A stretch of DNA of 24,000 nucleotides, from positions 31,207 to 55,206 of the forward strand of contig CAJXKK010000005.1 in assembly GCA_913055615.1 (NCBI GenBank), written 5' to 3'. The stretch's first letter is position 1; each line of letters begins with the position of its first letter. This stretch comes from an uncultured Ectothiorhodospiraceae bacterium (lineage in GTDB: Bacteria; Pseudomonadota; Gammaproteobacteria; XJ16; Halofilaceae). The position numbers and the translations under genes are program-made. Below are positions 10,056 to 18,588 of this stretch, in pieces. The notes below the pieces were generated by a model. It searched no databases. It had not been told where the DNA came from and saw nothing but the letters and a program-made list of their open reading frames with translations.

Positions 10056-10817
10056 ATGCGCCTGCTGCGACGCCTGTACCGACTGATCCGCCTGCTCCCG
10101 CACATCGCCCTCGGGCTGTGGCGGGCAGCTACGATTCTGCCCCATGACCGCCCCCCGCGCAGCCTTCGCGAATGGGATACGGTGCGCCGCTGGATCTATC
10201 GCGCGCTGGACATCGTCGGCGTCGATGTGCGCGTGCACGGGCAACTGCCGGATGGCCCCGCGCTGGTGGTCGCCAACCATATCTCCTGGCTCGATCTCGG
10301 CGCCCTGATCCCGGTCGTGGACGCGGGTTTCATCGCCAAGAGCGAGCTCGCGCGCTGGCCGGTGCTCGGTTTCCTGATCGCCCGGGGCGGCACGGTCTTC
10401 ATTGACCGCCGCGGCAATGATTCCGCCGCCCGCATCACCCGCGAGATGATCCGCCGCCTGGAACAGGGCGACCGTGTGGCCGTATTCCCCGAGGGCATGA
10501 CCAACCGCGGCCCCATGCGCCGATTCCATCCGCGCCTGTTCGAGGCCGCCCGAGCGACCGGCGTTCCCATCCAGCCGGTCGCCCTGCACTACGACAACGA
10601 CGTCGCCCCCTTCGTCGACCATATCGGCTTCGTGCCCCATCTGTGGCGCGTGCTCGGCGAACGCCGCATCACTGTCGATGTCTGGCTCCTGGCGCCGATC
10701 CACACCGGCGATCGCGACCGGCGGTCGATCGCACGCTCCGCGGAAGAAGCCGTCCGCGAGCAGTTGAAGGCGGCAACCGTCGCGACGGACGACGAACGCA
10801 GCACAGTCCAGGGGTGA
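10056..10817 (+). CDS. 1-acyl-sn-glycerol-3-phosphate / lysophospholipid acyltransferase family protein (PlsC-like)
   Basis: 253-aa ORF with the acyltransferase H(X)4D motif (NHISWLD), an FPEG motif and an N-terminal hydrophobic/basic segment. Confidence 0.8.
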   Translation: MRLLRRLYRLIRLLPHIALGLWRAATILPHDRPPRSLREWDTVRRWIYRALDIVGVDVRVHGQLPDGPALVVANHISWLDLGALIPVVDAGFIAKSELARWPVLGFLIARGGTVFIDRRGNDSAARITREMIRRLEQGDRVAVFPEGMTNRGPMRRFHPRLFEAARATGVPIQPVALHYDNDVAPFVDHIGFVPHLWRVLGERRITVDVWLLAPIHTGDRDRRSIARSAEEAVREQLKAATVATDDERSTVQG

Positions 10818-10835
10818 CGCTTTACCGTCATTTTT
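10815..10835 (+). terminator. Weak candidate intrinsic terminator after the acyltransferase gene
   Basis: tgacg-ctttac-cgtca followed by ttttt. The 5-bp stem includes the TGA stop, with a 6-nt loop and a T5 tract. The stem is short, so support is weak. Confidence 0.3.
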
Positions 10836-10905
10836 GCGGTGGCTTTCCAGCATCGGTCTGTTTTCACGCAGAAGCGCGGAGGGCGCCGAGATGGCGTAGG
10901 TCGGA

Positions 10906-11168
10906 GTTCTCGCCAAGGCGCGGAGGGCGCCACGGGACGCGAAGGATAAGATGGTTTTGCAGGAGCGGGCTTGCCCGCGAACCCATTTCCGGGGTGAAAC
11001 GCGGCTCGCCCTGCCCCGCATTTTCCCGTGATGGTCACAAACCTCCGACTTGAGTGCGGTCGAAACGATCGTTCCGCGCCGGGTGGCTCCGGACAACGGT
11101 TCGCGGGCAAGCCCGCTCCTACAGGTCTGCTTTGCGTCCCGTGGCGCCCTCCGCGCCTTGGCGAGAAC
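10906..11168. repeat. REPIN-like inverted doublet of a two-module REP-type repeat
   Basis: The outer module 10906-10940 (gttctcgccaaggcgcggagggcgccacgggacgc) is a perfect 35/35 reverse complement of 11134-11168. The inner module 10958-10983 (tgcaggagcgggcttgcccgcgaacc) pairs 25/26 with 11098-11123. Each module has its own small hairpin (gcgggc-tt-gcccgc and ggcgc-ggagg-gcgcc). A third partial copy of the gcgcggagggcgcc motif lies at 10873-10886. Confidence 0.7.
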
Positions 11169-11218
11169 CCCGGACAGCGCCCGAAACAAACGGCCCCGTC
11201 GAGAGTGTGCGGAGGCGG

Positions 11219-12019
11219 TCAGGACCGCACGGGCGCCACCGAGACCGCGACCACGAACAGGAATGCGCTGGCCACCACCATCGAGGGACCGGCCGGGCTA
11301 TCCCAGGTGAGCGAGGCGAGCAGGCCGGCGGCGACCGCGAGGGCCGCAACCCCGGCCGCGAGCACTGCCATCGAGGCCGGGGTGCGGGCGAAACGCCGGG
11401 CGGTGGCGGGCGGGATCACGAGCAGGGACGTGATCAGCAGGATACCGACCAGGCGCATCGCCACGGCGACGACGATGGCCAGCAGGAGGATGAAAGCGAG
11501 GCGTACGAGGGTGACCGGGATGCTCTCGACCTGGGCCAGGTCCGGGTGCACGGTCAGGGCCATGAGCGGGCGCCAGAGGGCGACCAGGAGGATCAGCACG
11601 ACGGCGCCGCCACCCAGGATCCAGGCGATATCGCCGCCGGTGACGGCAAGGATGTCGCCGAACAGGTAGGAGAACAGGTCCACGCGCAGATTCTCGAAGA
11701 AACTCAGCACGACCACACCCAGGGCCAGGGTCGAGTGCGCGAGGATGCCGAGCACCGTATCGACGGCGAATTCGCTGAAGCGCTGCAGCGTCACCAGCAC
11801 GGCGCCGGTGGTGAGCGCGGCCAGCAGTACACCGAGCATGGGCTCGACACCGAGGACGACCCCCAGGGCCACACCCAGCAACGCGGCATGCGAGAGCGTA
11901 TCGCCGAAATACGCCATACGCCGCCACACGACGAAGCAGCCGAGCGGCGCCGCGACGACCGCGACCCCGACGCCCGCCACCAGCGCGCGCCATACGAATG
12001 GATCGGCAAACAAATCCAC
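11219..12019 (-). CDS. znuB: Zinc ABC transporter permease ZnuB
   Basis: 266-aa polytopic membrane ORF (..RRMAYFGDTLSHAALLGVALG..) of the ABC-3 family. Its GTG start overlaps the znuC stop (TAGTG). Adjacent to znuC, zur and znuA. Confidence 0.85.
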   Translation of the reverse strand: MDLFADPFVWRALVAGVGVAVVAAPLGCFVVWRRMAYFGDTLSHAALLGVALGVVLGVEPMLGVLLAALTTGAVLVTLQRFSEFAVDTVLGILAHSTLALGVVVLSFFENLRVDLFSYLFGDILAVTGGDIAWILGGGAVVLILLVALWRPLMALTVHPDLAQVESIPVTLVRLAFILLLAIVVAVAMRLVGILLITSLLVIPPATARRFARTPASMAVLAAGVAALAVAAGLLASLTWDSPAGPSMVVASAFLFVVAVSVAPVRS

Positions 12020-12771
12020 TACGATTCCTCAGGTTCGACGACGTCGCCGTGGACGTCGTGCTCATGGTCGTGTTGGTGGGTATAAACGGCGAATTCCCGA
12101 TCGATCGGACCGAACAGCCGCCGGTACTCGGGGTGATCGGTGATGGTCGCCGGCTCGCCGCTGCAGCAGACGTGACCGTTGATGCACAGGACCCGATCGG
12201 TCGCCGCCATGACCAGATGCAGGTCGTGTGAGACGAGGACGACCGCGCAGCCGCGGCGTTCGCGCAGGCGCGCGATCAGCCGGTAGAGCTCGCGCTGGCC
12301 GCCGATATCGACCCCCTGGGCCGGCTCGTCGAGGACCAGCAGATCCGGTTGCCGCAGCAGCGCGCGCGCGAGTACGACCCGCTGGAACTCACCGCCGGAT
12401 ACCTGCTGCACGGGGCTGTCGAGCAGATGGTCCACGCCGACCTCGGCCAGCGCATCGCGATAGGCCTCACGCCCGGCGCGGCGGCCGAGCGCCAGGAAAC
12501 CGGCCACCGACAGAGGCAGGGTCGGCTCGATGTGCATCCGCTGGGGGACATAACCGATACGCAGACCGGTGCGGCGGCGGACGCAACCATTGTCCGCGCG
12601 CAGCAGGCCGAGCAGCACCCGGACCAGGGTGGTCTTGCCGGCCCCGTTGGGGCCGATCAGGGTGACTATCTCGCCGGGGGCGATGGCAACACCTACATCG
12701 TGCAGGATCGTGCGATCGCCGAAGCGTACCGCGATGTTCTCCGCCCGGATCAGCGTATCGGCGTCAACCAC
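12019..12771 (-). CDS. znuC: Zinc ABC transporter ATP-binding protein ZnuC
   Basis: Walker A GPNGAGKTT, signature VSGGEFQRV, Walker B LLVLDEP and a His-rich C-terminus (HQHDHEHDVHGD). I place the start at GTG 12771 (..VDADTLIRAENIAVRFGD), because the longer track ORF (to 13059) runs through zur in another frame. The start is uncertain by a few codons. Confidence 0.85.
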   Translation of the reverse strand: MVDADTLIRAENIAVRFGDRTILHDVGVAIAPGEIVTLIGPNGAGKTTLVRVLLGLLRADNGCVRRRTGLRIGYVPQRMHIEPTLPLSVAGFLALGRRAGREAYRDALAEVGVDHLLDSPVQQVSGGEFQRVVLARALLRQPDLLVLDEPAQGVDIGGQRELYRLIARLRERRGCAVVLVSHDLHLVMAATDRVLCINGHVCCSGEPATITDHPEYRRLFGPIDREFAVYTHQHDHEHDVHGDVVEPEES

Positions 12772-13231
12772 GACGGCAGTCCCCGCAGGTCCCCTCGACC
12801 TCGGGCAGGACCTCGTCGCCGAGTTCGAAGCCGGCTTCGCGCGCCGAGCGCGCGACGGCGCGAGCCACCCGTTCATCCTGCCACTCGAGCGCACGGCCAC
12901 AGCGATCGCAGACCAGAAAGACGCCGCCATGGGCCCCCGTCTCCGGGTGGTCGCAGGCGACGAAACGGCTCTGGCTGGCGAGGCGGTGGACGAGGCCGTG
13001 TGCCTGCAGGAAATCCAGTGCGCGATAGACAGTCGGCGGCGCCGGGTGCCCGCCGTCACCGCCCATGCGGTGCAGCAGTTCGTAGGCCGTCACCGGTTCA
13101 CCGGCGCATACGATCAGTTCATACACGCGTCGACGCTGGGACGTGAAGCGGGCGCCGCGCTCACGGCAGACCCGCTCCGCGCGCGCAAGCGCGGCCTCCG
13201 GGTCGGCGTGCATGTGGTTATGGTCGCTCAT
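12764..13231 (-). CDS. zur: Zinc uptake regulator Zur (Fur family)
   Basis: Start at ATG 13231 (MSDHNHMHADPEAALARAERVCRERGARFTSQRRRVYELI...). A winged-helix region, CDRCG and C-terminal GTCGDC metal-site cysteines are present. It lies first in the zur-znuCB operon, divergent from znuA. Confidence 0.8.
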   Translation of the reverse strand: MSDHNHMHADPEAALARAERVCRERGARFTSQRRRVYELIVCAGEPVTAYELLHRMGGDGGHPAPPTVYRALDFLQAHGLVHRLASQSRFVACDHPETGAHGGVFLVCDRCGRALEWQDERVARAVARSAREAGFELGDEVLPEVEGTCGDCRRG

Positions 13232-13250
13232 CGATCCAGCCTTGCGGCAA

Positions 13251-13274
13251 AAGACGATATAACATAACATTCTA
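13251..13274. promoter_or_regulatory. Putative Zur operator in the zur-znuCB / znuA divergent promoter region
   Basis: This is the only AT-rich patch in the 70-bp divergent gap. The minus strand of 13254-13270 reads ATGTTATGTTATATCGT, about 13/17 matches to the gammaproteobacterial Zur-box core ATGTTATAATATAACAT as I recall it. Confidence 0.5.
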
Positions 13275-13301
13275 CGCCACCGAGGTCACCCGGGTTCCGT
13301 C

Positions 13302-14351
13302 ATGATTCGTTCCGTTACCGCCGCCGCCACCGCGCTGATGCTGCTGATCACGCTGCCCGCGATGGCCGAAGCCCCGCGGGTGGTCGTCTCGATCGCGCCG
13401 CTGCACTCGCTGGTCGCGGCCGTCACCCGTGAGCGCACCGAGCCGCACCTGCTCGTCCCGGCCGGGCAATCGCCGCACACCTTCTCGCTGGCCCCGTCCG
13501 ACGCGCGCGCCCTGGCGCGTGCCGACATCGTATTCAGCGCGGGCGGCGAGCCCGACCGCTTCCTCGAGCGCTCACTGGACTCGCTCGCCGGGGACGCGGC
13601 CCACCTGCGGCTGCTGGACCTGGACGACGTGCGCACGCTGCCGGCACGCAGTGGTGGCATCTGGCGCCATGATCATGCCGCGGAGGAGGTCGACGGGCAT
13701 GACGGACAACAAGCGGCTGGTCACGACGACGATCACGCGGATGCGCAGGAAGATGGACACGAACATGGCCAAGACCATGATGCGGCGCATGACGGGGAAC
13801 CAGGCGAGGCCCCTGCGGAATCGCCCGAGGGCTCGATCGATCCGCACACCTGGCTGGAGCCCCGCAACGCCATCGCCTTCGTCCGCGCGGCCGCGCTACG
13901 AATGGCCCGCCTGGATCCGGAACACGCGCAGGCGTACCGCGCCAATGCCGATGCGGCGATCGAACGCATCGAGACCATCGATGCGGCCCTGGCCGAGCAG
14001 CTCGAGCCGGTCGCCGATCAGCCCTACCTCGTCTTCCACGATGCCTACCAGTACTTCGAACGGCGTTACGGCCTGACGCCGGCCGGCTCGATCGTAGTCG
14101 ATCCGGGACGCCCCCCGGGGGCGCGCCGGCTGTCCGATCTCCGCGAGCGGATCAAGGCGGAGGGAGCCCAGTGCCTGTTCATCGAGCCGCAGTTCGAACC
14201 GCAGATCGCCCGGACCATCGCCGAGGGGACCGGCGCGCGCATCGCCGAACTGGACCCTCTCGGGGCGGGACTTCCCCCCGGGCCGGATCTGTACCCGGAT
14301 CTTCTGCAGCAACTCGGCGACGCCCTGCGCGGCTGCCTGGAGGCGACCTGA
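13302..14351 (+). CDS. znuA: Periplasmic zinc-binding protein ZnuA
   Basis: 349-aa ORF with a signal peptide (MIRSVTAAATALMLLITLPAMA), a cluster-9 solute-binding-protein fold sequence (IDPHTWLEP, FHDAYQYF) and the long His/Asp/Glu-rich loop typical of ZnuA. Confidence 0.85.
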   Translation: MIRSVTAAATALMLLITLPAMAEAPRVVVSIAPLHSLVAAVTRERTEPHLLVPAGQSPHTFSLAPSDARALARADIVFSAGGEPDRFLERSLDSLAGDAAHLRLLDLDDVRTLPARSGGIWRHDHAAEEVDGHDGQQAAGHDDDHADAQEDGHEHGQDHDAAHDGEPGEAPAESPEGSIDPHTWLEPRNAIAFVRAAALRMARLDPEHAQAYRANADAAIERIETIDAALAEQLEPVADQPYLVFHDAYQYFERRYGLTPAGSIVVDPGRPPGARRLSDLRERIKAEGAQCLFIEPQFEPQIARTIAEGTGARIAELDPLGAGLPPGPDLYPDLLQQLGDALRGCLEAT

Positions 14352-14364
14352 ATCGCGCGTTCGG

Positions 14365-15024
14365 TCAGGTCCGGCGCCGGATCAGGCTGAGGCCGTCACC
14401 GATCGGGATCAGGCTGACATCGACCCGATCATCGCCGTGGATGTGGTCGTTGAACGCACGCACCGCCCGCGTGGTCGCGTCGTCGTACGCCGGGTCGGCG
14501 ACGCGCCCCTTCCAGAGCACATTATCGACGGCGATCAACCCGCCCGGCCGGACCAGGTGCATGCACGATTCGTAGTATTCGATCTGCCCTTCCTTGTCCG
14601 CATCCAGATAGATGAGATCGAAGATCGCGGCGACGCCGTCGACGAGGCGCTCGAGGGCGGGCCCGGCCTCGGCGATCCGCAGATCGATGCGATCATGTAA
14701 GCCCGCGGCCTGCCAGGCCTCGCGCGCGATCGCGGTGGCGTGCCGGTCGCGGTCGACGCAGACGAAGCGGGCCGCGGGCAGCAAGGGCGCGAGCCACAGC
14801 GGCATATAACCGGTGAACGTCCCGACCTCGAGCACCTGGCGCGCCCCGTACAGGCGTGCGATCAGAGCGAGCAGCTGGATCTGCTCCGGCGAACTGATCT
14901 GCCCGCCTTTCTCGAGCCGCGCGGTGCGCTCGCGCAGGCGTCGGCAATCGGCGGGCTCGCGCAGCGCATGCTCGGCCAGATACTGCTGCAGCGCGTCGTC
15001 GAGCTGTAGCGTGTGTGCGGACAT
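14365..15024 (-). CDS. Class I SAM-dependent O-methyltransferase (caffeoyl-CoA O-methyltransferase-like, family 3)
   Basis: 219-aa ORF with SAM motif VLEVGTFTGY and YLDADKEGQIEYYE. A GGAGG-type SD (ggaggt) lies upstream of ATG 15024. Confidence 0.8.
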   Translation of the reverse strand: MSAHTLQLDDALQQYLAEHALREPADCRRLRERTARLEKGGQISSPEQIQLLALIARLYGARQVLEVGTFTGYMPLWLAPLLPAARFVCVDRDRHATAIAREAWQAAGLHDRIDLRIAEAGPALERLVDGVAAIFDLIYLDADKEGQIEYYESCMHLVRPGGLIAVDNVLWKGRVADPAYDDATTRAVRAFNDHIHGDDRVDVSLIPIGDGLSLIRRRT

Positions 15025-15108
15025 CAGACCTCCGGGGAAAGCGCCGGCCTCGCGCCGGCGACGGCTTTGCGCCTATACTCGCGCGCCAGCGCCCGCCGGA
15101 GAACCCCC

Positions 15109-15678
15109 ATGGCCGATCCCCGCGTTGAACTGATCGACTACTACCGGCTGCTGCGGCGTCACGGCTACAACGATTCCCACTCCGGCAACGCCTCGGTGCG
15201 CCTCGACGACACCGCCTGGGTGACGCCCACGGGCGCCTGCGGCGATACGCTTACGGCCGATGCGCTCGTCGGTTGCCCGCTGGGCGCGCCGCCGGTCGCG
15301 GGGGCCTCACTCGATGCGGCACTCCATCTCGCGGTCTACCGGGCCCGGCCCGAGGCCCGCGCCGTTCTGCACAGCCACGGCCCGCACGCGATCGCGCTGT
15401 CCCTGTCGGGCGAGGATTTCGTACCGGTGGATTTCGAGGGGGCCGCGTATTTCCCCCGCGTGCCGGTGCTGGATATCGCCTACGCCGACTATGTCGCGCA
15501 GTCGCCGGCGGCCGTTGCCGCGGCGCTGGCCGAGCACCCGGTCGCGATCGTCCGCGGCCATGGCGTCTATGCCTGGGGCGAGACCCTGGACCGGGCCTAC
15601 AAGTGGAACTGTTCGCTGGAGGCCAGCGCCCGCATCGCCTGGCTGGCGCGGGTGGCCGGCATCGGCGTCCAGGATTGA
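15109..15678 (+). CDS. Class II aldolase/adducin-domain protein
   Basis: Start at ATG 15109 (MADPRVELIDYYRLLRRHGYNDSHSGNASVRL..). HSH and GHG motifs of the class II aldolase fold are present. The upstream part of track ORF 15013.. overlaps the methyltransferase start and is rejected. Confidence 0.8.
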   Translation: MADPRVELIDYYRLLRRHGYNDSHSGNASVRLDDTAWVTPTGACGDTLTADALVGCPLGAPPVAGASLDAALHLAVYRARPEARAVLHSHGPHAIALSLSGEDFVPVDFEGAAYFPRVPVLDIAYADYVAQSPAAVAAALAEHPVAIVRGHGVYAWGETLDRAYKWNCSLEASARIAWLARVAGIGVQD

Positions 15679-15873
15679 GGCGGCAGGGCGAAGGGCGACA
15701 GTGTGTGGGCCGAATCCCCCCGGCGGCCGTCAAATTTCGAATATGCTTTGGCGTTTGCCGGCGGGGAATGCCGGCATTGCGCGGTGACATGCATCCGTGC
15801 GGGATTCAGCGCCGCGGACCGCGCAAAGCCGGCCTACGTCCCTCGCCCCTTCGCCCTTCGCCCTTCGCCCTTA
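15676..15873. repeat. Heptamer-bounded structured intergenic element, copy 1
   Basis: Left arm cagggc-gaagggc-ga (15684-15698). Right arm of about 4 GCCCTTC-type units (15845-15873). Core blocks 15765-15791 (27/27) and 15816-15839 (23/24) are identical to copy 2. The termini include both flanking stop codons. Confidence 0.7.
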
Positions 15874-16044
15874 GATCTCCATCATCTCGAAGTCTTCCTT
15901 GCTGGCGCCGCAGTCCGGGCACGTCCAGGTGACGGGGACATCCTCCCAGCGGGTGCCGGCCGGAATGCCCTCGTCCGGGGCGCCCTGCGCCTCGTCATAG
16001 ATATAGCCACAGACGATGCACATGTATTTGCGGTATTCCATCAT
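15871..16044 (-). CDS. Rubredoxin
   Basis: 57 aa, [57 protein letters not shown], with the two CxxCG iron-binding knuckles. A GGAGG lies directly upstream of ATG 16044. The long N-terminal extension in the track (to 16512) is rejected. Confidence 0.9.
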   Translation of the reverse strand: MMEYRKYMCIVCGYIYDEAQGAPDEGIPAGTRWEDVPVTWTCPDCGASKEDFEMMEI

Positions 16045-16164
16045 GCCTCCTGAAAGTTGGGCGCAGGCGGCTGCCGGTTCGGCGGCCGGGGTGACTGCAG
16101 GCGCGCGATTTTCCCACAGCCTGGGTGACTGTGGAACCTGCGCGCGGCACACGCGGCACCGAAA

Positions 16165-16866
16165 ATGCGAGCGACCATGGGAAACGAGCACGTGGACCGA
16201 TCCAACCCGAAACCCGATCGCCTGATACCACGCGGGCTCTACGCGATCGCCGGCCGCGAGACCATTGGCGGCGAGCGCTTCGAGACGGCCGTCGAGGCGG
16301 CGCTGCGGGGTGGTGCCGTCATGGTGCAATACCGCGACAAGGGCACGGACCAGGCGCGCCGGCTCCGCGAGGCGCGATGGCTGGTGCGCGCGTGCCGGCG
16401 TTTCGGGGCGCGTTCGATTATCAACGACGATCCGGCACTCGCGCTGGAAGCCGCTGCCGACGGCGTCCACGTCGGCGCGGATGACGGCGACCCGGGCGCG
16501 ATCCGGGAACATCTGGGGCCGGATACGATCATCGGGGTGTCATGTTATGACCGCCTCGAACTGGCGACGCAGGCCAGCGCCGCCGGCGCGAATTACGTGG
16601 CCTTCGGCCGGATGTATCCATCGACGACCAAACCGGGCGGTCCGCGCCCCGACCTCGGGCTGCTCGCCCGGGCCCGGGAGGTCACTGGCCTGCCGGTCTG
16701 CGCGATTGGCGGGATCACCCCAGCCCGCGCCCCGGAGCTGATCGCGGCGGGCGCCGATCTGCTCGCCGTCATCGGCGACCTGTTCGACCACGAAGACGTG
16801 GCCGCACGCGCCGCCGAGTACGCGAGGCTTTTCGAGGCATCACGCGCACCACGGGATCGCCCCTGA
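16165..16866 (+). CDS. thiE: Thiamine-phosphate synthase ThiE
   Basis: 233-aa ORF (..RGLYAIAG.., [34 protein letters not shown]). It lies upstream of hemL, an arrangement I recall as common in gammaproteobacteria. The start could be ATG 16177. Confidence 0.85.
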   Translation: MRATMGNEHVDRSNPKPDRLIPRGLYAIAGRETIGGERFETAVEAALRGGAVMVQYRDKGTDQARRLREARWLVRACRRFGARSIINDDPALALEAAADGVHVGADDGDPGAIREHLGPDTIIGVSCYDRLELATQASAAGANYVAFGRMYPSTTKPGGPRPDLGLLARAREVTGLPVCAIGGITPARAPELIAAGADLLAVIGDLFDHEDVAARAAEYARLFEASRAPRDRP

Positions 16867-16972
16867 AGCGGGCCTGCGCCGGCGCAACCCGGGGCGGATT
16901 CTCAGTCCGCAACGCGACAACTGTTACACTGCGGCGCTTTCCCACGAACCCACGACGACCGCAGCGGAACCC

Positions 16973-18283
16973 ATGACCGAGAGTGAAAACCTGTTCGAGC
17001 ACGCGAACCATCGCATCCCCGGCGGCGTGAATTCCCCCGCCCGCTCCTGGCGGAGCGTCGGCGGCACGCCCCTGTTCCTGGAACACGCCGAAGGCCCATA
17101 CGTATGGGACGCCGACGGCAACCGCTATGTCGATTATGTCGGCTCGTTCGGGCCGGCGATCGTGGGCCACGCCCGACCGGAGGTCGTCTCGGCGGTCCAG
17201 GCGGCCGCCTCGAAAGGCCTGTCGTTCGGCGCGCCGACCGCCAATGAGACGGCCATGGCGGAGCGCCTCTGCGACCACGTGCCCTCACTCGACATGGTGC
17301 GCCTGGTGAACTCCGGCACTGAGGCGGCGATGAGCGCGATCCGCCTCGCCCGCGGTGCCACCGGGCGCAACAAGGTCGTCAAGTTCACCGGCTGCTACCA
17401 CGGCCATGTTGACGCCCTGCTGGTCCAGGCCGGTTCCGGCGCCCTGACCCATGGCATCCCCGGGTCTCCCGGCGTCCCCGAGAGTGTGGTCGCCGACACC
17501 ATCAGCCTGCCGTACAACGATATCAGCGCCGCCTTCGACGTCTTCACCGAGTACGGCGATGAGATCGCCTGCGTGATGGTCGAGCCGGTCGCCGGCAACA
17601 TGAACTGCGTGCCGCCGGCGATGGGGTTCCTTGAAGGGCTGCGCGACCTGTGCAGCGATCACGGCGCCCTGCTGATCTTCGACGAGGTCATGACCGGGTT
17701 CCGGGTCGGCTTGCACGGCGCCCAGGGCCGCTACGGGGTGACCCCGGACCTGACCGCGCTCGGCAAGGTGATCGGCGGCGGCCTGCCGGTCGGCGCCTTC
17801 GGCGGGCGCCGCGACATCATGGAGCACCTGTCACCGCAGGGCCCCGTGTATCAGGCCGGCACGCTGTCCGGTAATCCGCTGGCGACGGCGGCCGGCCTCG
17901 CGACCCTCGAGCTGGTATCGCAGCCGGGCTTTTACGACGCCATCGAGGCCACGACCGAGCGGCTCGTCACCGGCATGCGCGAGCGCGCCGAGGCCGCGGG
18001 CGTTCCGCTCGCGACCAACCACGTCGGCGGCATGTTCGGTCTGTTCTTCACCGACCGGCCCGCGGTCCGGACCTTCGACGACGTCCAGTCCTGCGACACC
18101 GATCGCTTCGCCCGCTTCTTCCACGCGATGATCGCGGGCGGTGTCTACTTCGCGCCCGCGGCGTTCGAGGCCGGATTCGTATCGGCCATGCACGACGACG
18201 CGGCTATCGAGGCGACACTGGATGCCGCCGCCGACGCCTTCGCCAGCCTGAATGCGAATACCGGGAGCGCACGCCATGGATGA
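16973..18283 (+). CDS. hemL: Glutamate-1-semialdehyde 2,1-aminomutase HemL
   Basis: 436-aa ORF (..[17 protein letters not shown].., [40 protein letters not shown]), an unmistakable HemL. Confidence 0.95.
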   Translation: MTESENLFEHANHRIPGGVNSPARSWRSVGGTPLFLEHAEGPYVWDADGNRYVDYVGSFGPAIVGHARPEVVSAVQAAASKGLSFGAPTANETAMAERLCDHVPSLDMVRLVNSGTEAAMSAIRLARGATGRNKVVKFTGCYHGHVDALLVQAGSGALTHGIPGSPGVPESVVADTISLPYNDISAAFDVFTEYGDEIACVMVEPVAGNMNCVPPAMGFLEGLRDLCSDHGALLIFDEVMTGFRVGLHGAQGRYGVTPDLTALGKVIGGGLPVGAFGGRRDIMEHLSPQGPVYQAGTLSGNPLATAAGLATLELVSQPGFYDAIEATTERLVTGMRERAEAAGVPLATNHVGGMFGLFFTDRPAVRTFDDVQSCDTDRFARFFHAMIAGGVYFAPAAFEAGFVSAMHDDAAIEATLDAAADAFASLNANTGSARHG

Positions 18284-18578
18284 TTCGATCAAAGACCAAT
18301 TGACCCGCCGCGACAAATGGCTGCGCCTGCTCTACATCATCGCCTACGTCGTGATGTTCCAGTTGGCCGAGCTGGTCCTCGCCGCGGTCGTGGCCATCCA
18401 GTTCCTGTGGCACCTGTTCACGGGCACCCCCAATCCGAGCCTGCGCGAATTCGGGCACCGGCTCGGCGCCTGGCTGGCGGAGACGGTGCGCTACGCCACC
18501 TACGCGAGCGACGCCCGCCCATGGCCCTTCGGCCGACCCTGGCCGGCCGCCGCCGATCTGCCCGAGCGCCAGGAGTGA
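18276..18578 (+). CDS. Small membrane protein, DUF4389-like
   Basis: Start at ATG 18276 ([81 protein letters not shown]). It overlaps the hemL stop by 8 nt. The pattern resembles the DUF4389 proteins I recall downstream of hemL in other gammaproteobacteria. The family assignment is from memory. Confidence 0.6.
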   Translation: MDDSIKDQLTRRDKWLRLLYIIAYVVMFQLAELVLAAVVAIQFLWHLFTGTPNPSLREFGHRLGAWLAETVRYATYASDARPWPFGRPWPAAADLPERQE

Positions 18579-18588
18579 GCCGCGACGC

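Noticed and set aside
9723-12085. Long ORFs crossing the acyltransferase/znuB intergenic repeats (9723..11189 -, 11054..12085 +, 11028..11669 +, 10589..11110 -)
   Set aside because: They run antisense through real genes and straight across the inverted-repeat element. Their peptide stretches such as CRSGLAREP and LAKARRAPRDAK are simply translations of the REP modules.
13662-13835. His/Asp/Glu-rich low-complexity stretch inside znuA
   Set aside because: This is the well-known flexible metal-binding loop of ZnuA-type zinc-binding proteins. It is not an insertion or an anomaly.
15755-15790. Small ORF starting MSPRNAGIPRR on the minus strand of the conserved element core
   Set aside because: In copy 2 the same frame stops after 11 codons, while in copy 1 it runs for 179 codons through the aldolase gene antisense. 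There is no conserved length, no RBS, and no conservation beyond the nucleotide-conserved 27-mer.
16045-16164. Possible TPP (THI-box) riboswitch upstream of thiE
   Set aside because: Only a short GAACCTG-like fragment resembles the THI-box. The conserved CTGAGA element and the pyrimidine-sensing helix are absent, and the region is too short for the full aptamer.
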